Below, in pieces: positions 48,845-59,349 of a stretch of 64,000 bases of DNA. Origin of the DNA: Planctomycetota bacterium (GTDB lineage Bacteria; Planctomycetota; SZUA-567; H5-PLA8); assembly GCA_023150555.1 (NCBI GenBank), contig JAKLKQ010000007.1:65253-129252 (forward strand), written 5' to 3'. A model generated the notes under the pieces. The model saw nothing but the letters and a program-made list of their open reading frames with translations, did no database searches and was not told where the DNA came from. The stretch's first letter is position 1. Each line of letters opens with the position of its first letter. The translations under genes were made by a program, and so were the position numbers.

Positions 48845-50764
48845 TTACTCGTCGTCATCGTCCGATTCGTACGGGTTGTACATGCTCTTGCTCCAACGGC
48901 TGCGCTCGAAGGATCGCTCCCACAGCAGCACCAGTCCTGGGATCACCGACAGGGCCAACAGCAGCGCGACGAAGTAGCCCCAGCGCGCAACACCTTCGCG
49001 AATGGTCACCGTTGCATTCATGGGCTCGTTCCATGCCTGCCAGCTGCCTTCCATTCGCACCAGGTAGGTCCCGGCAGGCGGCGCCGAGAGAAACGTGTCG
49101 TTTTCCTCCGAGCCTTCGCTCCACGACTCGCCATCGTCAACGCCGTGGTAGTACTCGACGGGCAGCTCGAAATGCTGGACCTGCTGCGACTGTTCCTCGA
49201 CCAGATCACCGTCGACGAAGAACCAGGTGTTGTTGACGTTGGCGCGCATCGAAACCTGGATGTTCTTCCCGCCGGAAATCTGGACCGGACCGCCGAATAC
49301 GACCTGCGGCGCAGTGGTGCTGGTCATCGCGGGAAATTTCACGTTCTCCTGCATCAGGGTCCGTTCGGGGCTGTTCATGCGCAGGATCACGAAGAGCACT
49401 ACTGCCGCCGCCACGAACAAGCCCCACAGCGGGTATATATTGCGGTGTACGAACGGCTGGCAGGACCCGCCGCCCTTGGGCCGCGGCATCTCGGTCACGG
49501 CAAATTTGCGCGCGATCTCCTGCCACGGCACATAGACGGCGTGCGACCAGCTGATCTCGCTCGACTTTTTGCCACCCGTAGCCTCGCTCGAGAGCATCTC
49601 GGGCGGACGGACGTAATCCGCCGCGCGGACTTTCTCCCCCTTCTCCACCTTCCAGTAGAACTCGCCGGTTATGTATTCGACTTCTGCGGTGGTGCGCTGG
49701 AACGCCTTGAAGGTCTTGCTGTTCCACTGGGCAAAGTTCCATTCGCTTCGGACATGCGACGGCGGCACCGGCGAAACGTACGTCCAGTGGTGGTCACTCT
49801 CGACGAGCCACCGGAATCCGAGCTTGACGCTGTAGAGCAGGTACTCGCGCCAGTAGTAGGTGATGTGGTCGATCTCGGTGCTGCGCACCATGAAGCCGAT
49901 CACGGTCTGCGAGACGCCATCGAACTCCGCGGAGGATCCCAGCCGCAGCAGCGGCGTCCAGCGCGACTTGCCCAGCGACTTCAGGAACCGGAGATTGCCT
50001 TCGTCGGCGTCCAACAGCGAGCCGCAGTACGGACAGCCCAGGCGCTCGGTCCGGTCGGGCGCGCGCAACTCCAGGGCGCCTCCGCACTGCGGACAGCTGA
50101 CCTTGGCCGAAGCCACCCGGCGCTCGTTCGTACGCGCCGCGGCGTCGCCCAGTCCGAGTTCCTCCAGTGTCACTTCCCAGCCGGCGAAGAAGAGGCCGGC
50201 CGGTTCGGAGTAATCGAGCGTCGCGAAGATCCGGTTCGGCCCGTAGAGGTCTGCATAACGGTAGGTCGCGCCGGGCACCAGGCGAAACGGGATCTCCCCT
50301 TCTGCGGCTGCGTACGCCGCTTCGCCGGTCTCGGCCACGACCAATTCGCTGCCGTCGCCGAGCCGGAAGGCCGGATGCTCGGGCTTCAGCTCTTCGAAGT
50401 GCGGCAGCCGCGGAACGTCTTTGCGCGCAAAGGTGAGGTAAAAGCGGCCCTGGGCTTCGGCGATCCAGCCCCATCGACCATCGGAAAACGCGGTGTACCA
50501 CTCGTTCCATACGCCGCCCTGCGCATGGCGCAGCTGCGCGCGTCCGGTCAGCTGGAACGATTGGCCCACGTACTTTCCGGCCAGCCCGACCGCCAGCGGC
50601 GAGGCCGTGTCGTGCAGGTCGGCGACTTTCCCCAGGGATTCCAGGGTGCGGTCGGTGCGCGCCACGACCGAACGGCACGAGGGGCAGACCGCCACCAGGG
50701 AGGTCGCCTGCGTGAATGGCAGGTCTCCACCGCACCCCGGACACTGCGCGCGAAGGGTGGTCAT
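48845..50764 (-). CDS. DUF4178 domain protein with two Zn-ribbons
   Basis: CPGC..CPSC and CPQC..CPYC ribbons, WNEW/WREY and GEIPF/GEFYW repeats, C-terminal TMs. Confidence 0.9.
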   Translation of the reverse strand: MTTLRAQCPGCGGDLPFTQATSLVAVCPSCRSVVARTDRTLESLGKVADLHDTASPLAVGLAGKYVGQSFQLTGRAQLRHAQGGVWNEWYTAFSDGRWGWIAEAQGRFYLTFARKDVPRLPHFEELKPEHPAFRLGDGSELVVAETGEAAYAAAEGEIPFRLVPGATYRYADLYGPNRIFATLDYSEPAGLFFAGWEVTLEELGLGDAAARTNERRVASAKVSCPQCGGALELRAPDRTERLGCPYCGSLLDADEGNLRFLKSLGKSRWTPLLRLGSSAEFDGVSQTVIGFMVRSTEIDHITYYWREYLLYSVKLGFRWLVESDHHWTYVSPVPPSHVRSEWNFAQWNSKTFKAFQRTTAEVEYITGEFYWKVEKGEKVRAADYVRPPEMLSSEATGGKKSSEISWSHAVYVPWQEIARKFAVTEMPRPKGGGSCQPFVHRNIYPLWGLFVAAAVVLFVILRMNSPERTLMQENVKFPAMTSTTAPQVVFGGPVQISGGKNIQVSMRANVNNTWFFVDGDLVEEQSQQVQHFELPVEYYHGVDDGESWSEGSEENDTFLSAPPAGTYLVRMEGSWQAWNEPMNATVTIREGVARWGYFVALLLALSVIPGLVLLWERSFERSRWSKSMYNPYESDDDDE

Positions 50765-51159
50765 CGCTCGCGGCGCGCGGCGCCCTGTTCCGGAAGAGCC
50801 ACGTCAGCTTCGGCGCAGCCGCGCGTGATCCTACGGACGTTCACGTGTCCCGCGCCCAGGTTGCGAACCAGTTCGTCGGCCCACGGCCATTCGGGGCGCT
50901 CGCGGCAGCAGTAGAGGTTGAACGTCGCCAGGCGGTACTCGGGAAAGGTGTGCACGGCCAGATGCGACTCGGTGAGCAGCAACAGGCCGGTGACGCCGCC
51001 GGGCCCGGGAAACGAGCGCCACTGCGCGGGCGCCGCCGGATGGAGATCCAGGTCTTTCACGATGCGATCGAGAAGACTGCGCAGCCTGTCGCGGTCGCGC
51101 AAGGCCCCTTCGTCACACTCCGCCGCGTCGATGATCCATTCCATTCCGACCAGCGCCAT
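50761..51159 (-). CDS. speD: S-adenosylmethionine decarboxylase proenzyme
   Basis: GGVTGLLLLTESHLAVHTFPEY (ES cleavage site) and YCC; first gene of the polyamine cluster. Confidence 0.9.
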   Translation of the reverse strand: MALVGMEWIIDAAECDEGALRDRDRLRSLLDRIVKDLDLHPAAPAQWRSFPGPGGVTGLLLLTESHLAVHTFPEYRLATFNLYCCRERPEWPWADELVRNLGAGHVNVRRITRGCAEADVALPEQGAARRER

Positions 51160-51318
51160 CGCATGCCCTCCTTCCGGCCACGACAGGAATCCGGGCTGAC
51201 GCCGCTTTTTTCAGCGGATGACGCGATCGCTTTTACTCTTTTTTTCAAGTTGCCGGAATACCGAAGCCGCTCGGCAGCGAACCACCGGCCGTTGGGCGTC
51301 AGAGCGCGAGAAGCTGCT

Positions 51319-54279
51319 TCAACTGGCGGCTGGGCTGCGCGCGGGCTGCCAGCGCTTACGCAGCCGTGCGAAATCACTGGCGGCCGATTGCAGCGTATCG
51401 CCGGCCCGGTCGAGCATCCCGCCGACGGCGGCGGTCTCGAGTTGCGCGAAGAGCTGCCGCAGCGTCTCGCAGCCCACGCAGGAGCTGCTTCCCTTCAGCG
51501 TGTGGGCCAGGCGGCAGGCCGCGCGTTCGTCGCGAGCCGCGAGCGCGGCTTCGAGCTCCATCAAACGCACGGCGCCGTCCCGGAGGTAGCTTTCCAGCAC
51601 CTCCACCGCACCATCCTCGCCGATCTCCCTGACCAGCACGGCCATCCGCTCTTCCACCTGCGTCACCGGATCGGGCGGCGGCTGCATCGAGACGCGCACG
51701 GCCGGAGGCTCGGCCGGGCCCTGAACGGCGCGGAATTGAGCGCTGCTGCGTGCGGAAGGGATGCGGCCTTCCAGCTGCGTGCGCAGGCGCGCAGCCAGCT
51801 CGTGGGCGCGAACCGGCTTGCTGAGATAGTCGTCCATGCCGGCGGCCAGGCAGCGTTCGCGTTCGCCTTCCAGGGCGTGAGCGGTGAGCGCGATGATCGG
51901 CAGCCGCGCGCCGTTCGTCTGGGCGGCGCGGATCGCGCGGGTGGCCTCGTAGCCGTCCATCTCCGGCATCTGGCAATCCATCAAAACCGCATCGTAGGGC
52001 AGCACCTTGACGGCCTCGACAGCCTCGCGCCCATCGGCGACGACGTCCACGCGATAGCCCTGCTTCTCGAGCATGCGCGCGACGACCTTCTGGTTGGTAA
52101 TGTTGTCCTCGGCGACCAGAATGCGGTATCGGTTCTGCGCGCGGCGTTCGGAGATCACGCGGCTGGTGACCATCGTGTCGCGGTCGAGGTCGCGGCGGCG
52201 GTTGAGGATCTCGCGAATGGTGTCGCGCAGCATGGCGGAGCGAATGGGCTTGGTGAGGTAGCCCGCGAACCCGGCGGCCCGGGCCGTCGCGGCGGACTCG
52301 CGGCGAGAGATGGAGCTGAGCATCAGCAGCGGCAGGCCCTTCCACTCGGGCGCGGCCTTGATGAGGCGGGCCAGCTCGATGCCGTCCATCTCGGGCATCT
52401 GGTAGTCGACGACGGCGAAGAGGAACCCGCGGCCGGCGGCGCGCGCGGCATCGAGGCGTTCGAGCGCCACGCGGGCGCTGGGCGCGCACTCGGCTTCCAG
52501 GCCCAACCGTTCGACCTGCTGGCGCAGCAGCGCGCGATTGTCCGCATTGTCGTCGACGATCAGGACGCAACCGCCCTGCCAGGCCGGTTCTTCGGAGCTG
52601 TTCTCCAGCGGCGGGCGCACCGCCAGGGGAATGACAAAGGCGAAGGTGGAGCCCTTGCCAAGCTCGCTGCACAGGTCGATCGAGCCGCCCATCAGTTCGA
52701 CCAGGCGGCGGCTGATGGTCAGCCCCAGCCCGGAACCGCCGTAGCGCCGCGTGGTCGAGGCGTCGGCCTGCATGAAGGGCTCGAAGAGGCGCGTCTGCGC
52801 CGCGGGGTCGATGCCGATCCCGGTGTCTTGGACCTCGAAGCGGATGCGCGCGACGCCTTCGCACGCGCCGTCCTGGGTCACGCGCACCAGGACTTCGCCT
52901 CGATCGGTGAACTTCACGGCGTTGCTGAGCAGGTTCAGCAGGATCTGCCGCAGGCGGCCCGGGTCGCCGGCGACGCGGACCGGGACATTGCCCTGGAAGA
53001 GCGAGAGCAGTTCAAGACCCTTGCGGTCGGCGTGCTCGGCAATCAGTTCGATGGCCTCTTCCACCACTGTGCGAAGATCGAAGTCGACGGTCTCCATGCT
53101 CATGCGGCCGGCCTCGATCTTGGAGAAGTCGAGGACGTCGTTGATGATGGTGAGGAGAGCCTGTCCCGAGGTGCGGACGGTGCCGACATACTCCCGCTGT
53201 TCGGGGGAGAGTTCCGTGTCGGCCAGGAGGTCGGTCATGCCGATTACGGCGTTCATAGGCGTACGGATCTCGTGGCTCATGTTTGCGAGAAACTCGGACT
53301 TCGCGCGCAGCGCCTCGCGGACCTGGGCCTCGGCCTTCTGCTTCTCTTCGACCTCGACCTTCAGGCGCTCGTTGAGCACCTGCAGGTCGTTGGTGCGGGT
53401 CTGGATGCGGTCCTCCAGGTCGTGATTGATCTTCGCCAGCGCGTCGCACATGCGATTGAAGGCAGCGCCCATCTTGCCGATCTCGTCTCGGCCGAGGTCG
53501 CTGACGCGCGCGCAGGTGGACGGATCGGCGGCGATGCCTTCCATCACCGTCTTCAGGCGCGCAAGCCGGCGCAGGACGTACGCGTACAGGAGCCCGGCCA
53601 GGAAGACGAGGAAGAACAGGGCCAGGCCGGCGCGCTCCAGGTTGAACGTCGCGGCCTGGGCGGCGGCGGCGGCGCGCAGGTCGGCGGTGGGCACGGAGAC
53701 GACGATGGCGCTGTTGACATCGCCGACTTTCCATCCGAATCCATGCTCGGTGCCGTACTTGGCCACCAGCTTGGCGGGGGCTCTCTCTGGGGTGTCGTGG
53801 CAAGCCATGCAATCCTGGGCGACGATGGTCGGCTGCGCGACGTAGAAGTGCTCGATACCGTCCTTGATACGAAATCCGGTGAGTTCCTCCAGACTGCGGT
53901 CTTTGTCGAAGCGGCGAATCAGATTCGCCTCGAAGTCGTCGGCCTGGTCCTTCAGGTTCAGGGGGTTCAGCGCGGCCTGTTTGTAATGGTATTCCGGATG
54001 TTCCTTGTTGAATTCTTCAAAAATCCGGGCTGTGGCGAAGGTAGAGGACATCGCCTCCAGCACGAGTTCGTCACCAACGTAGCCTTCCACCGCGGGGCGC
54101 AGCCGTTCCTTGACGTACTTCCGGCTGGCCTTGCCAAAGGACGACATCAGCGTCGCGCGCGCGCGCACTTCGGACTCGAAGTGCCGCTGCGTCTGGCGCT
54201 GGCTGTTCCATGCGCCTGCGGCCAGCAGGCCCGCCAGGATCAGCCCGAAGCCGATCACCACCTTCCACTTGAGCGACAT
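51319..54279 (-). CDS. Hybrid histidine kinase: DUF3365/Tll0287-like heme-c sensor, HAMP, HisKA, HATPase, 2 REC, Hpt
   Basis: [46 protein letters not shown] and AHTLKGSS. Confidence 0.96.
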   Translation of the reverse strand: MSLKWKVVIGFGLILAGLLAAGAWNSQRQTQRHFESEVRARATLMSSFGKASRKYVKERLRPAVEGYVGDELVLEAMSSTFATARIFEEFNKEHPEYHYKQAALNPLNLKDQADDFEANLIRRFDKDRSLEELTGFRIKDGIEHFYVAQPTIVAQDCMACHDTPERAPAKLVAKYGTEHGFGWKVGDVNSAIVVSVPTADLRAAAAAQAATFNLERAGLALFFLVFLAGLLYAYVLRRLARLKTVMEGIAADPSTCARVSDLGRDEIGKMGAAFNRMCDALAKINHDLEDRIQTRTNDLQVLNERLKVEVEEKQKAEAQVREALRAKSEFLANMSHEIRTPMNAVIGMTDLLADTELSPEQREYVGTVRTSGQALLTIINDVLDFSKIEAGRMSMETVDFDLRTVVEEAIELIAEHADRKGLELLSLFQGNVPVRVAGDPGRLRQILLNLLSNAVKFTDRGEVLVRVTQDGACEGVARIRFEVQDTGIGIDPAAQTRLFEPFMQADASTTRRYGGSGLGLTISRRLVELMGGSIDLCSELGKGSTFAFVIPLAVRPPLENSSEEPAWQGGCVLIVDDNADNRALLRQQVERLGLEAECAPSARVALERLDAARAAGRGFLFAVVDYQMPEMDGIELARLIKAAPEWKGLPLLMLSSISRRESAATARAAGFAGYLTKPIRSAMLRDTIREILNRRRDLDRDTMVTSRVISERRAQNRYRILVAEDNITNQKVVARMLEKQGYRVDVVADGREAVEAVKVLPYDAVLMDCQMPEMDGYEATRAIRAAQTNGARLPIIALTAHALEGERERCLAAGMDDYLSKPVRAHELAARLRTQLEGRIPSARSSAQFRAVQGPAEPPAVRVSMQPPPDPVTQVEERMAVLVREIGEDGAVEVLESYLRDGAVRLMELEAALAARDERAACRLAHTLKGSSSCVGCETLRQLFAQLETAAVGGMLDRAGDTLQSAASDFARLRKRWQPARSPAAS

Positions 54280-54292
54280 GCCCCTACCCTCC

Positions 54293-55915
54293 TCACTCCG
54301 GACGCACGCGGGACAGCATGCGTGCCATCACGTGGCGCAAGGCTTCCTTGGTGAAGGGTTTGGCCAGGTACGCGTCGGCGCCGGCCATCAGGCAGCGTGT
54401 CTGCCCGACGCTCTGCGGGATCGCCGAGACGGCCACCACCGGCGTCAGCGCCAGGCCCGGCTGCGCACGAATCCACTCGATCATCTCGTATCCGTCGGTC
54501 GCGCCCAGGCAGACGTCGGTGAAGACGATCTCCGGGACGGCTTCCGCGATGCGCGCCTGCGCCTCCTCCGCCGAGGCCGCCTGTATGACTTCGAGCGGCC
54601 ACGGCAGCGCCTCGAGGAAACGCTTCATCAGCAGGCGCATCGTGGCGTCGTCGTCGATCGCCAGCACCCGCACGGTCGCGGGCGCCGGCGCCTTGCCCGG
54701 TTCGGGCGAAGACCGCTCGGCCCGGTGGGCGGTCTCGGCCGCCGGCGGCGCATCCACCAGCCGGTCCAGGCAAAGTTCCAGCGCCAGGAGCATCGCGGCG
54801 CCGTCGGCCCAGCGTTCGTCGGGTGCCTTGCGCAGGCAGCGTTCGATGACTTCGGCGGTGGCTGGGGAGAGGCCGGAGACTTCGGTATCAAGGGGTTCGT
54901 GGTGCGCCTCGAGCGTATTGCGCAGCGCCTCGTTGACCGTCAGGCCGCGCACCGGCGGGCGGCCGGACAGCAGCGCGTACAGGGTCGCGCCGAGCCCGAA
55001 GACATCGGCGGCCTTGCCGGCGTTGCGCGCGTCGCGCGCCTGTTCGGGCGCCATGTACCCCAGCGTGCCCATGGTCGCCGAGGTGCCGGTCAGCCCCTTC
55101 TCCTGGCCGTCCAGCTTGGCGATGCCCAGGTCGGCCAGTTTCGCTTCCGCCCAGCGCAGTTCCGTGCCGGCGGGGGAACGCGGGATGAGCAGGTTGGCGG
55201 GCTTCAGATCGCGGTGGACGACGCCGGCCTCGTGTGCGTCGGCCAGCCCCTGCGCAGCGGCAATGCCCAACTCGAGCACCACGTCCTCGGGCAGGCCTTT
55301 GCGCTTCTGCTTGAAGGCGCCCAGCAGGGCGTCCTCGGCCGAGCAGCCGACGACGAATTCCATGACGATGTACTCGAGGCCGAACTCGCGATTGACGTCG
55401 ATCACGCCCACCAGGTGGCGGGACTGGATGCGCGCGGCCAACTGCGCCTCGCGCTGGAAGCGCACCACCAGTTCGGGATGGCGCAGGATCAGGTCGGCGT
55501 TGAGCACCTTCACGGCGACGTTGGTGCGCAGGCGGGAGTGCAGGCCGTAATAGACCGCGCCCATGCCTCCCTGGCCGATCCGCCGGATCAGCAGAATGCC
55601 GCCCAGGGCCGGCACCGGCTGGCCGCGATAGGGCACGCGTCGGACCCCGGCCAGAAAGTCGTCGTTCTCCAGATCCTCAAGGGGCAGCGCCAGCGGGAAG
55701 GTTTCCAGCTCTGTGGGAAAGGCCTCTGCGGGCGAGAGCACCGTGCGCGCACTTGAGCGGATGCCGTCCGGGCCTTCGGACGCGGAGGCATCCACGTCCT
55801 CCGGCTGTCCGTGCGAATGCACAGCCTCACCGGCCGGCGGCGGAGTCAGAGCCGCCATCGCGAGCCGTTTCGAATCTCTAACTTCTTGAGCCTCAAGCGG
55901 ATATCGTCGATCCAT
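54293..55915 (-). CDS. Hanks-type Ser/Thr protein kinase with a C-terminal receiver domain
   Basis: [30 protein letters not shown], then REC motifs IDDD, TD, SA and AKPF. Start uncertain (55915 or 55984). Confidence 0.93.
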   Translation of the reverse strand: MDRRYPLEAQEVRDSKRLAMAALTPPPAGEAVHSHGQPEDVDASASEGPDGIRSSARTVLSPAEAFPTELETFPLALPLEDLENDDFLAGVRRVPYRGQPVPALGGILLIRRIGQGGMGAVYYGLHSRLRTNVAVKVLNADLILRHPELVVRFQREAQLAARIQSRHLVGVIDVNREFGLEYIVMEFVVGCSAEDALLGAFKQKRKGLPEDVVLELGIAAAQGLADAHEAGVVHRDLKPANLLIPRSPAGTELRWAEAKLADLGIAKLDGQEKGLTGTSATMGTLGYMAPEQARDARNAGKAADVFGLGATLYALLSGRPPVRGLTVNEALRNTLEAHHEPLDTEVSGLSPATAEVIERCLRKAPDERWADGAAMLLALELCLDRLVDAPPAAETAHRAERSSPEPGKAPAPATVRVLAIDDDATMRLLMKRFLEALPWPLEVIQAASAEEAQARIAEAVPEIVFTDVCLGATDGYEMIEWIRAQPGLALTPVVAVSAIPQSVGQTRCLMAGADAYLAKPFTKEALRHVMARMLSRVRPE

Positions 55916-55998
55916 GACCGTATCCCTCGCTTCGGAAGCCGTCGGAAGCCGTTCGCTTCGGGCGGACGAGGGATAGAATGGCAAACGCTGCGCCTACG

Positions 55999-56028
55999 AA
56001 AACAAAAACCCGCGCACGTGTGCGCGGG
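55999..56028 (-). terminator. Rho-independent terminator after the HEAT-repeat gene
   Basis: Minus strand cccgcgcac-ac-gtgcgcggg followed by tttttgtttt. Confidence 0.75.
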
Positions 56029-56061
56029 CGAGTGAAGGTCAGCTGTTGATGGGCCGCGTCA

Positions 56062-57372
56062 CTAAGGGCTGCCGGCGGCCTCGCGTTCGCGGCGCCGGCG
56101 CTCGCGTTCCTTGGTAAAGACCGTACGCCGGCCGCGGTCGCCTTCCGGCTCGCCGGTCGCAAGCCAGTTCGACCAGCTCTCGGCATGGCGGCCCTGGTCG
56201 ACGCCGAAGGCCGCGACCAGGGCATCCTTTGCGAGCATGCGGTCGCCCATGCTGAACTTCCGGTCGGTGAAGATCTTCATGATATGGGGAATCACTTCGT
56301 ACTCGGGGTAATTCGCGTACGCCTTTAGGTAAACGCGGAGGACCGCAGGATCCTGCTCCTGCTGAAAATTGAAGTTCAGGCGCTGCACGACGATCTCGTG
56401 GCGGCCCAGTCCGCGCACCGCGGCGGCCCGAAGGGCAGGCTCCGGGTCGCTGAGCAGCGGCGTGAGTTGGTCCTGGATGACCAGGGGCGGGAACTCGCCC
56501 ATGGTCTCGACGAAAGGCAGCTTGGCTTTGCCTTCGCGCGCGGCGAGGTCCTTGGCGAGGCGCTCGAGGATCTTCGCCTGCACGTCGGCATCGTCGGCCA
56601 GCTTGCCCAGCGCCACGCGGGACCACTTCTTCTCGATCGCATCGCCCTTCTCGATGCCCGCATATAGGAACTCGAGATCCGCGGCCGTCGGGCACTTGGC
56701 GAAGGCCTCCCAGCCCATACCGCGCAGGCGGATGTCCTTATCCTTGAGCAGCCTAAGTGCGTAGTTGCGGCAGTCGCGGTCACCGATGTCGCCGATGGCG
56801 CGGAAGACCTCGTAGCCCGCCTTCGCGCCTTCCTTATCGGCGATCTTGATCAGGGGCCGTGCCGCCGCCTGGAGTCTCCATTCGCCGCAGGCCTGCGCAA
56901 TCCAGGGCAGAACCTTGGGTTTGGCCTTGGCGAGTTCAGCCGGCATCTCACCGGCGATCTGCTCCTTCATCGCCAGCAGGGCGCGATAGGCCGCCTTCTT
57001 CTCCGGAAGGGAGTCGCTCTCGAAGATCTTGATGAGCTCGTCAAGGCGCCCCATGGCCTCATCCCTGGAGCCGACCGGCATGGAGAAGCGTTCGGTGACC
57101 TGCTCGGCGGCGCTGGCCAGGGACGGCGCCGCGTTCTGGCGGGGGCCGGGCGGCGGCTCGTTGCCCACAGCCGGCCGGCCCTCCCTGTCATCGGGCGGCG
57201 GCGCCACCGCCGGGGGCTTCTGGGCCACCGGCTCTTCCTTGAAGAAGTAATCGCCGACGACGTAGATGATCGCGACCAGGACCATGATGGCCAGCCCGGC
57301 CAGGTAGCGGAATTTTATGGCCGGCGCGGCCAGCTCGCGCGCCGCACGCGCCCTGCCCCCGACATACGCCAT
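56062..57372 (-). CDS. Membrane-anchored HEAT-repeat protein
   Basis: N-terminal TM, a Pro-rich linker and HEAT-like units (LLKDKDIRLR, LLSDPEPALRAAAVRGLG). Confidence 0.8.
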   Translation of the reverse strand: MAYVGGRARAARELAAPAIKFRYLAGLAIMVLVAIIYVVGDYFFKEEPVAQKPPAVAPPPDDREGRPAVGNEPPPGPRQNAAPSLASAAEQVTERFSMPVGSRDEAMGRLDELIKIFESDSLPEKKAAYRALLAMKEQIAGEMPAELAKAKPKVLPWIAQACGEWRLQAAARPLIKIADKEGAKAGYEVFRAIGDIGDRDCRNYALRLLKDKDIRLRGMGWEAFAKCPTAADLEFLYAGIEKGDAIEKKWSRVALGKLADDADVQAKILERLAKDLAAREGKAKLPFVETMGEFPPLVIQDQLTPLLSDPEPALRAAAVRGLGRHEIVVQRLNFNFQQEQDPAVLRVYLKAYANYPEYEVIPHIMKIFTDRKFSMGDRMLAKDALVAAFGVDQGRHAESWSNWLATGEPEGDRGRRTVFTKERERRRREREAAGSP

Positions 57373-57400
57373 AAGGAACGCCCCTTTCCCCGAATGTGCG

Positions 57401-58060
57401 CTACTCGCCCTCTTCTTCGACCCCGAAGTCCTTCATCAGGTCCTTGTAGTTGCGGCCCTTCTTTACGGACTCAATCGTCTCGTCCTTGGCCTCGTCGATC
57501 TTCTTACCCTTGCGCGCCCCGCGCTCCATGGCTTCCTTCATCTTCTTGGTCTCTTCCTCGCCCATGCCTTTCTTCTTGCATTCCTCACCGACGCCTTCCT
57601 TGGCGTCTTCGAGGTCCTTCGACCACTTGGCCTTCTCCTCGTCGGACTTCTTGTCCCAGCCCGGAGGATATTCGTTCTCCCAGCCCTTCTTCTCGCCCTT
57701 GTCCCAACCTTCGGGGCGGTCCTTGGCGTCCTTACCCTTGCCGTGCCCTTCGCCTTCGTCACCTTCCTTCTTCTGCCCCTTGTCCTTTTCCTTGTCTTTG
57801 CCCTTGCCCTTGTTGGTCTTGTCCTTATTGCCCTTGCCTTTTTCCCCATCTCCGTCGCCGTCGTCCTCCTGCTCGCCTTCAGCCTCGTCGCCGCCGCCCT
57901 CGTCATCGCCGGCCTTGCCCTTATCACCACCTTTGCCTTTGTCGCCTCCCTTGGCACTGCCCTTGTCCTTGCCCTTGCCGCCGGCGTAGACGTTGCCGTT
58001 CACGAAGAAGGCCAGTCCCAGCACGAGCAGCAGAATGCCCATCAGGCGCGCAAGCGTCAT
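57401..58060 (-). CDS. Secreted low-complexity G/K/D/E-rich protein with PxGW motifs
   Basis: Signal peptide ending VYA, a charged disordered region, PEGWDKGEKKGW and PPGWDKK. Confidence 0.8.
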   Translation of the reverse strand: MTLARLMGILLLVLGLAFFVNGNVYAGGKGKDKGSAKGGDKGKGGDKGKAGDDEGGGDEAEGEQEDDGDGDGEKGKGNKDKTNKGKGKDKEKDKGQKKEGDEGEGHGKGKDAKDRPEGWDKGEKKGWENEYPPGWDKKSDEEKAKWSKDLEDAKEGVGEECKKKGMGEEETKKMKEAMERGARKGKKIDEAKDETIESVKKGRNYKDLMKDFGVEEEGE

Positions 58061-58126
58061 CGCAAATCCCCTTTATCCAGAAAACGAAAAACGGCGGGCA
58101 GGTCCGCCCGGCCTCTCCCGAATTTC

Positions 58127-58156
58127 AAAACAAACCGGCCCCTTCCGGGGCCGGTT
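58127..58156 (-). terminator. Rho-independent terminator closing the pilin cluster
   Basis: Minus strand aaccggcccc-ggaa-ggggccggtt followed by tgtttt. Confidence 0.8.
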
Positions 58157-58179
58157 CTACCACAACTGTTTTCTCGTCG

Positions 58180-59277
58180 CTATTCCTCGAGCTTGCGCCA
58201 ACTGCGGATCTGCACCGAGGTCTTGACTTCGGCGATGGCGTTCATCAGCGCGTCGTAGCTGTACTTCAGGTCCGAGGTCCCGCGGGTGCGGTACAGTTCC
58301 TGGCCGTAGACGCTGCCGGGATCCGCGCTGCTGTTGGAATTGTTGCGCATGTAGACCAGGGCGCCGCCGGTGATGTGGTTCTCGTTGCCGCCGCCGCGGA
58401 CGTCCAGGATCGAGACGGCGGTGGTGGGGCGCTTGTTGACCACGACCAGGACCAGGCCGATCCAGCGGTATTGGCCGCTCATGATGAACTGGGCGTTGTC
58501 GGGGTTGTCGATCTCGACCACCAGCACGCCCCAGCCTTCGTTGTTGCCGGTAAGGTGAAGCGTGTGCTCGGAGAAGACCCCATTGACCACGGCGCCCTTG
58601 GCGTATACGACCTTCACGTCGCCTTCGCCGCCGATCTGGCCGGGCGGAGCGTTGTGGATCTGCCCGGTCTCCGCGTCGTAGTACTCGCCGGTGGCCAAGT
58701 TGATGGTGGCGTCGGCGCTGTTGCGCGCGGACTCTATAAAGGCCTCAAGCATGTCCTCCTTCACCACCAGGTTGTTCTGCACGTCTCCGGTGATGTTGCT
58801 GTCGTTGTGTTCGCCGTCAATGTTGATGCCCGAACCGCTGGTGTCGCCGGGTGTGCCGTCGACCCACTCGCCGGTGACTTCGGAGAGCCCTACCGCCGCC
58901 TTGTCCGGCTTGGAGGTATCAATGGTGCCGTCGACAGCGTGGTTGGTGCCATCCACTGTATTGGGCGAACCATTTATCTGCAGTTCGACGGCGTGAGCGC
59001 TGTCGAACGCCACCGTCTGAGTGGACTCGGACGTAGTGGTCGTGGTCGACTGGGTACCACCGCCGCTGGAGGTGCTGCTCGAGCCGTTGCCGCCGCCGTT
59101 GCCGCCGCCACCGCCCGTCGTGCTGCCACCGCCACTGCTGCCACCACCGCCACCACCGCCACCACCGTTGCCACTACCCTGCGCATAGGCGCTGGGGTGG
59201 CAAAGCAGGAGGCCGAGGAGAAGGGCCAAAGCCACGGCCGAGAATTTTCCGGTACTGCCCTTCACGATGCTCTTCAT
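58180..59277 (-). CDS. Secreted Gly-rich protein resembling the C-terminal beta-rich part of PilX-like proteins
   Basis: Sec signal (AYA-Q), poly-Gly/Ser/Thr linker, GWGVLVV / WIGLVLV / ITGGALV repeats, and terminal IRSWRK. Confidence 0.75.
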   Translation of the reverse strand: MKSIVKGSTGKFSAVALALLLGLLLCHPSAYAQGSGNGGGGGGGGGSSGGGSTTGGGGGNGGGNGSSSTSSGGGTQSTTTTTSESTQTVAFDSAHAVELQINGSPNTVDGTNHAVDGTIDTSKPDKAAVGLSEVTGEWVDGTPGDTSGSGINIDGEHNDSNITGDVQNNLVVKEDMLEAFIESARNSADATINLATGEYYDAETGQIHNAPPGQIGGEGDVKVVYAKGAVVNGVFSEHTLHLTGNNEGWGVLVVEIDNPDNAQFIMSGQYRWIGLVLVVVNKRPTTAVSILDVRGGGNENHITGGALVYMRNNSNSSADPGSVYGQELYRTRGTSDLKYSYDALMNAIAEVKTSVQIRSWRKLEE

Positions 59278-59349
59278 GGTCTTCTAGCCTCCGAGGTACC
59301 GTTACCTAAATCCGCTCCGTGTCCCCTTTCCGTAGCACCACATGGCCTG

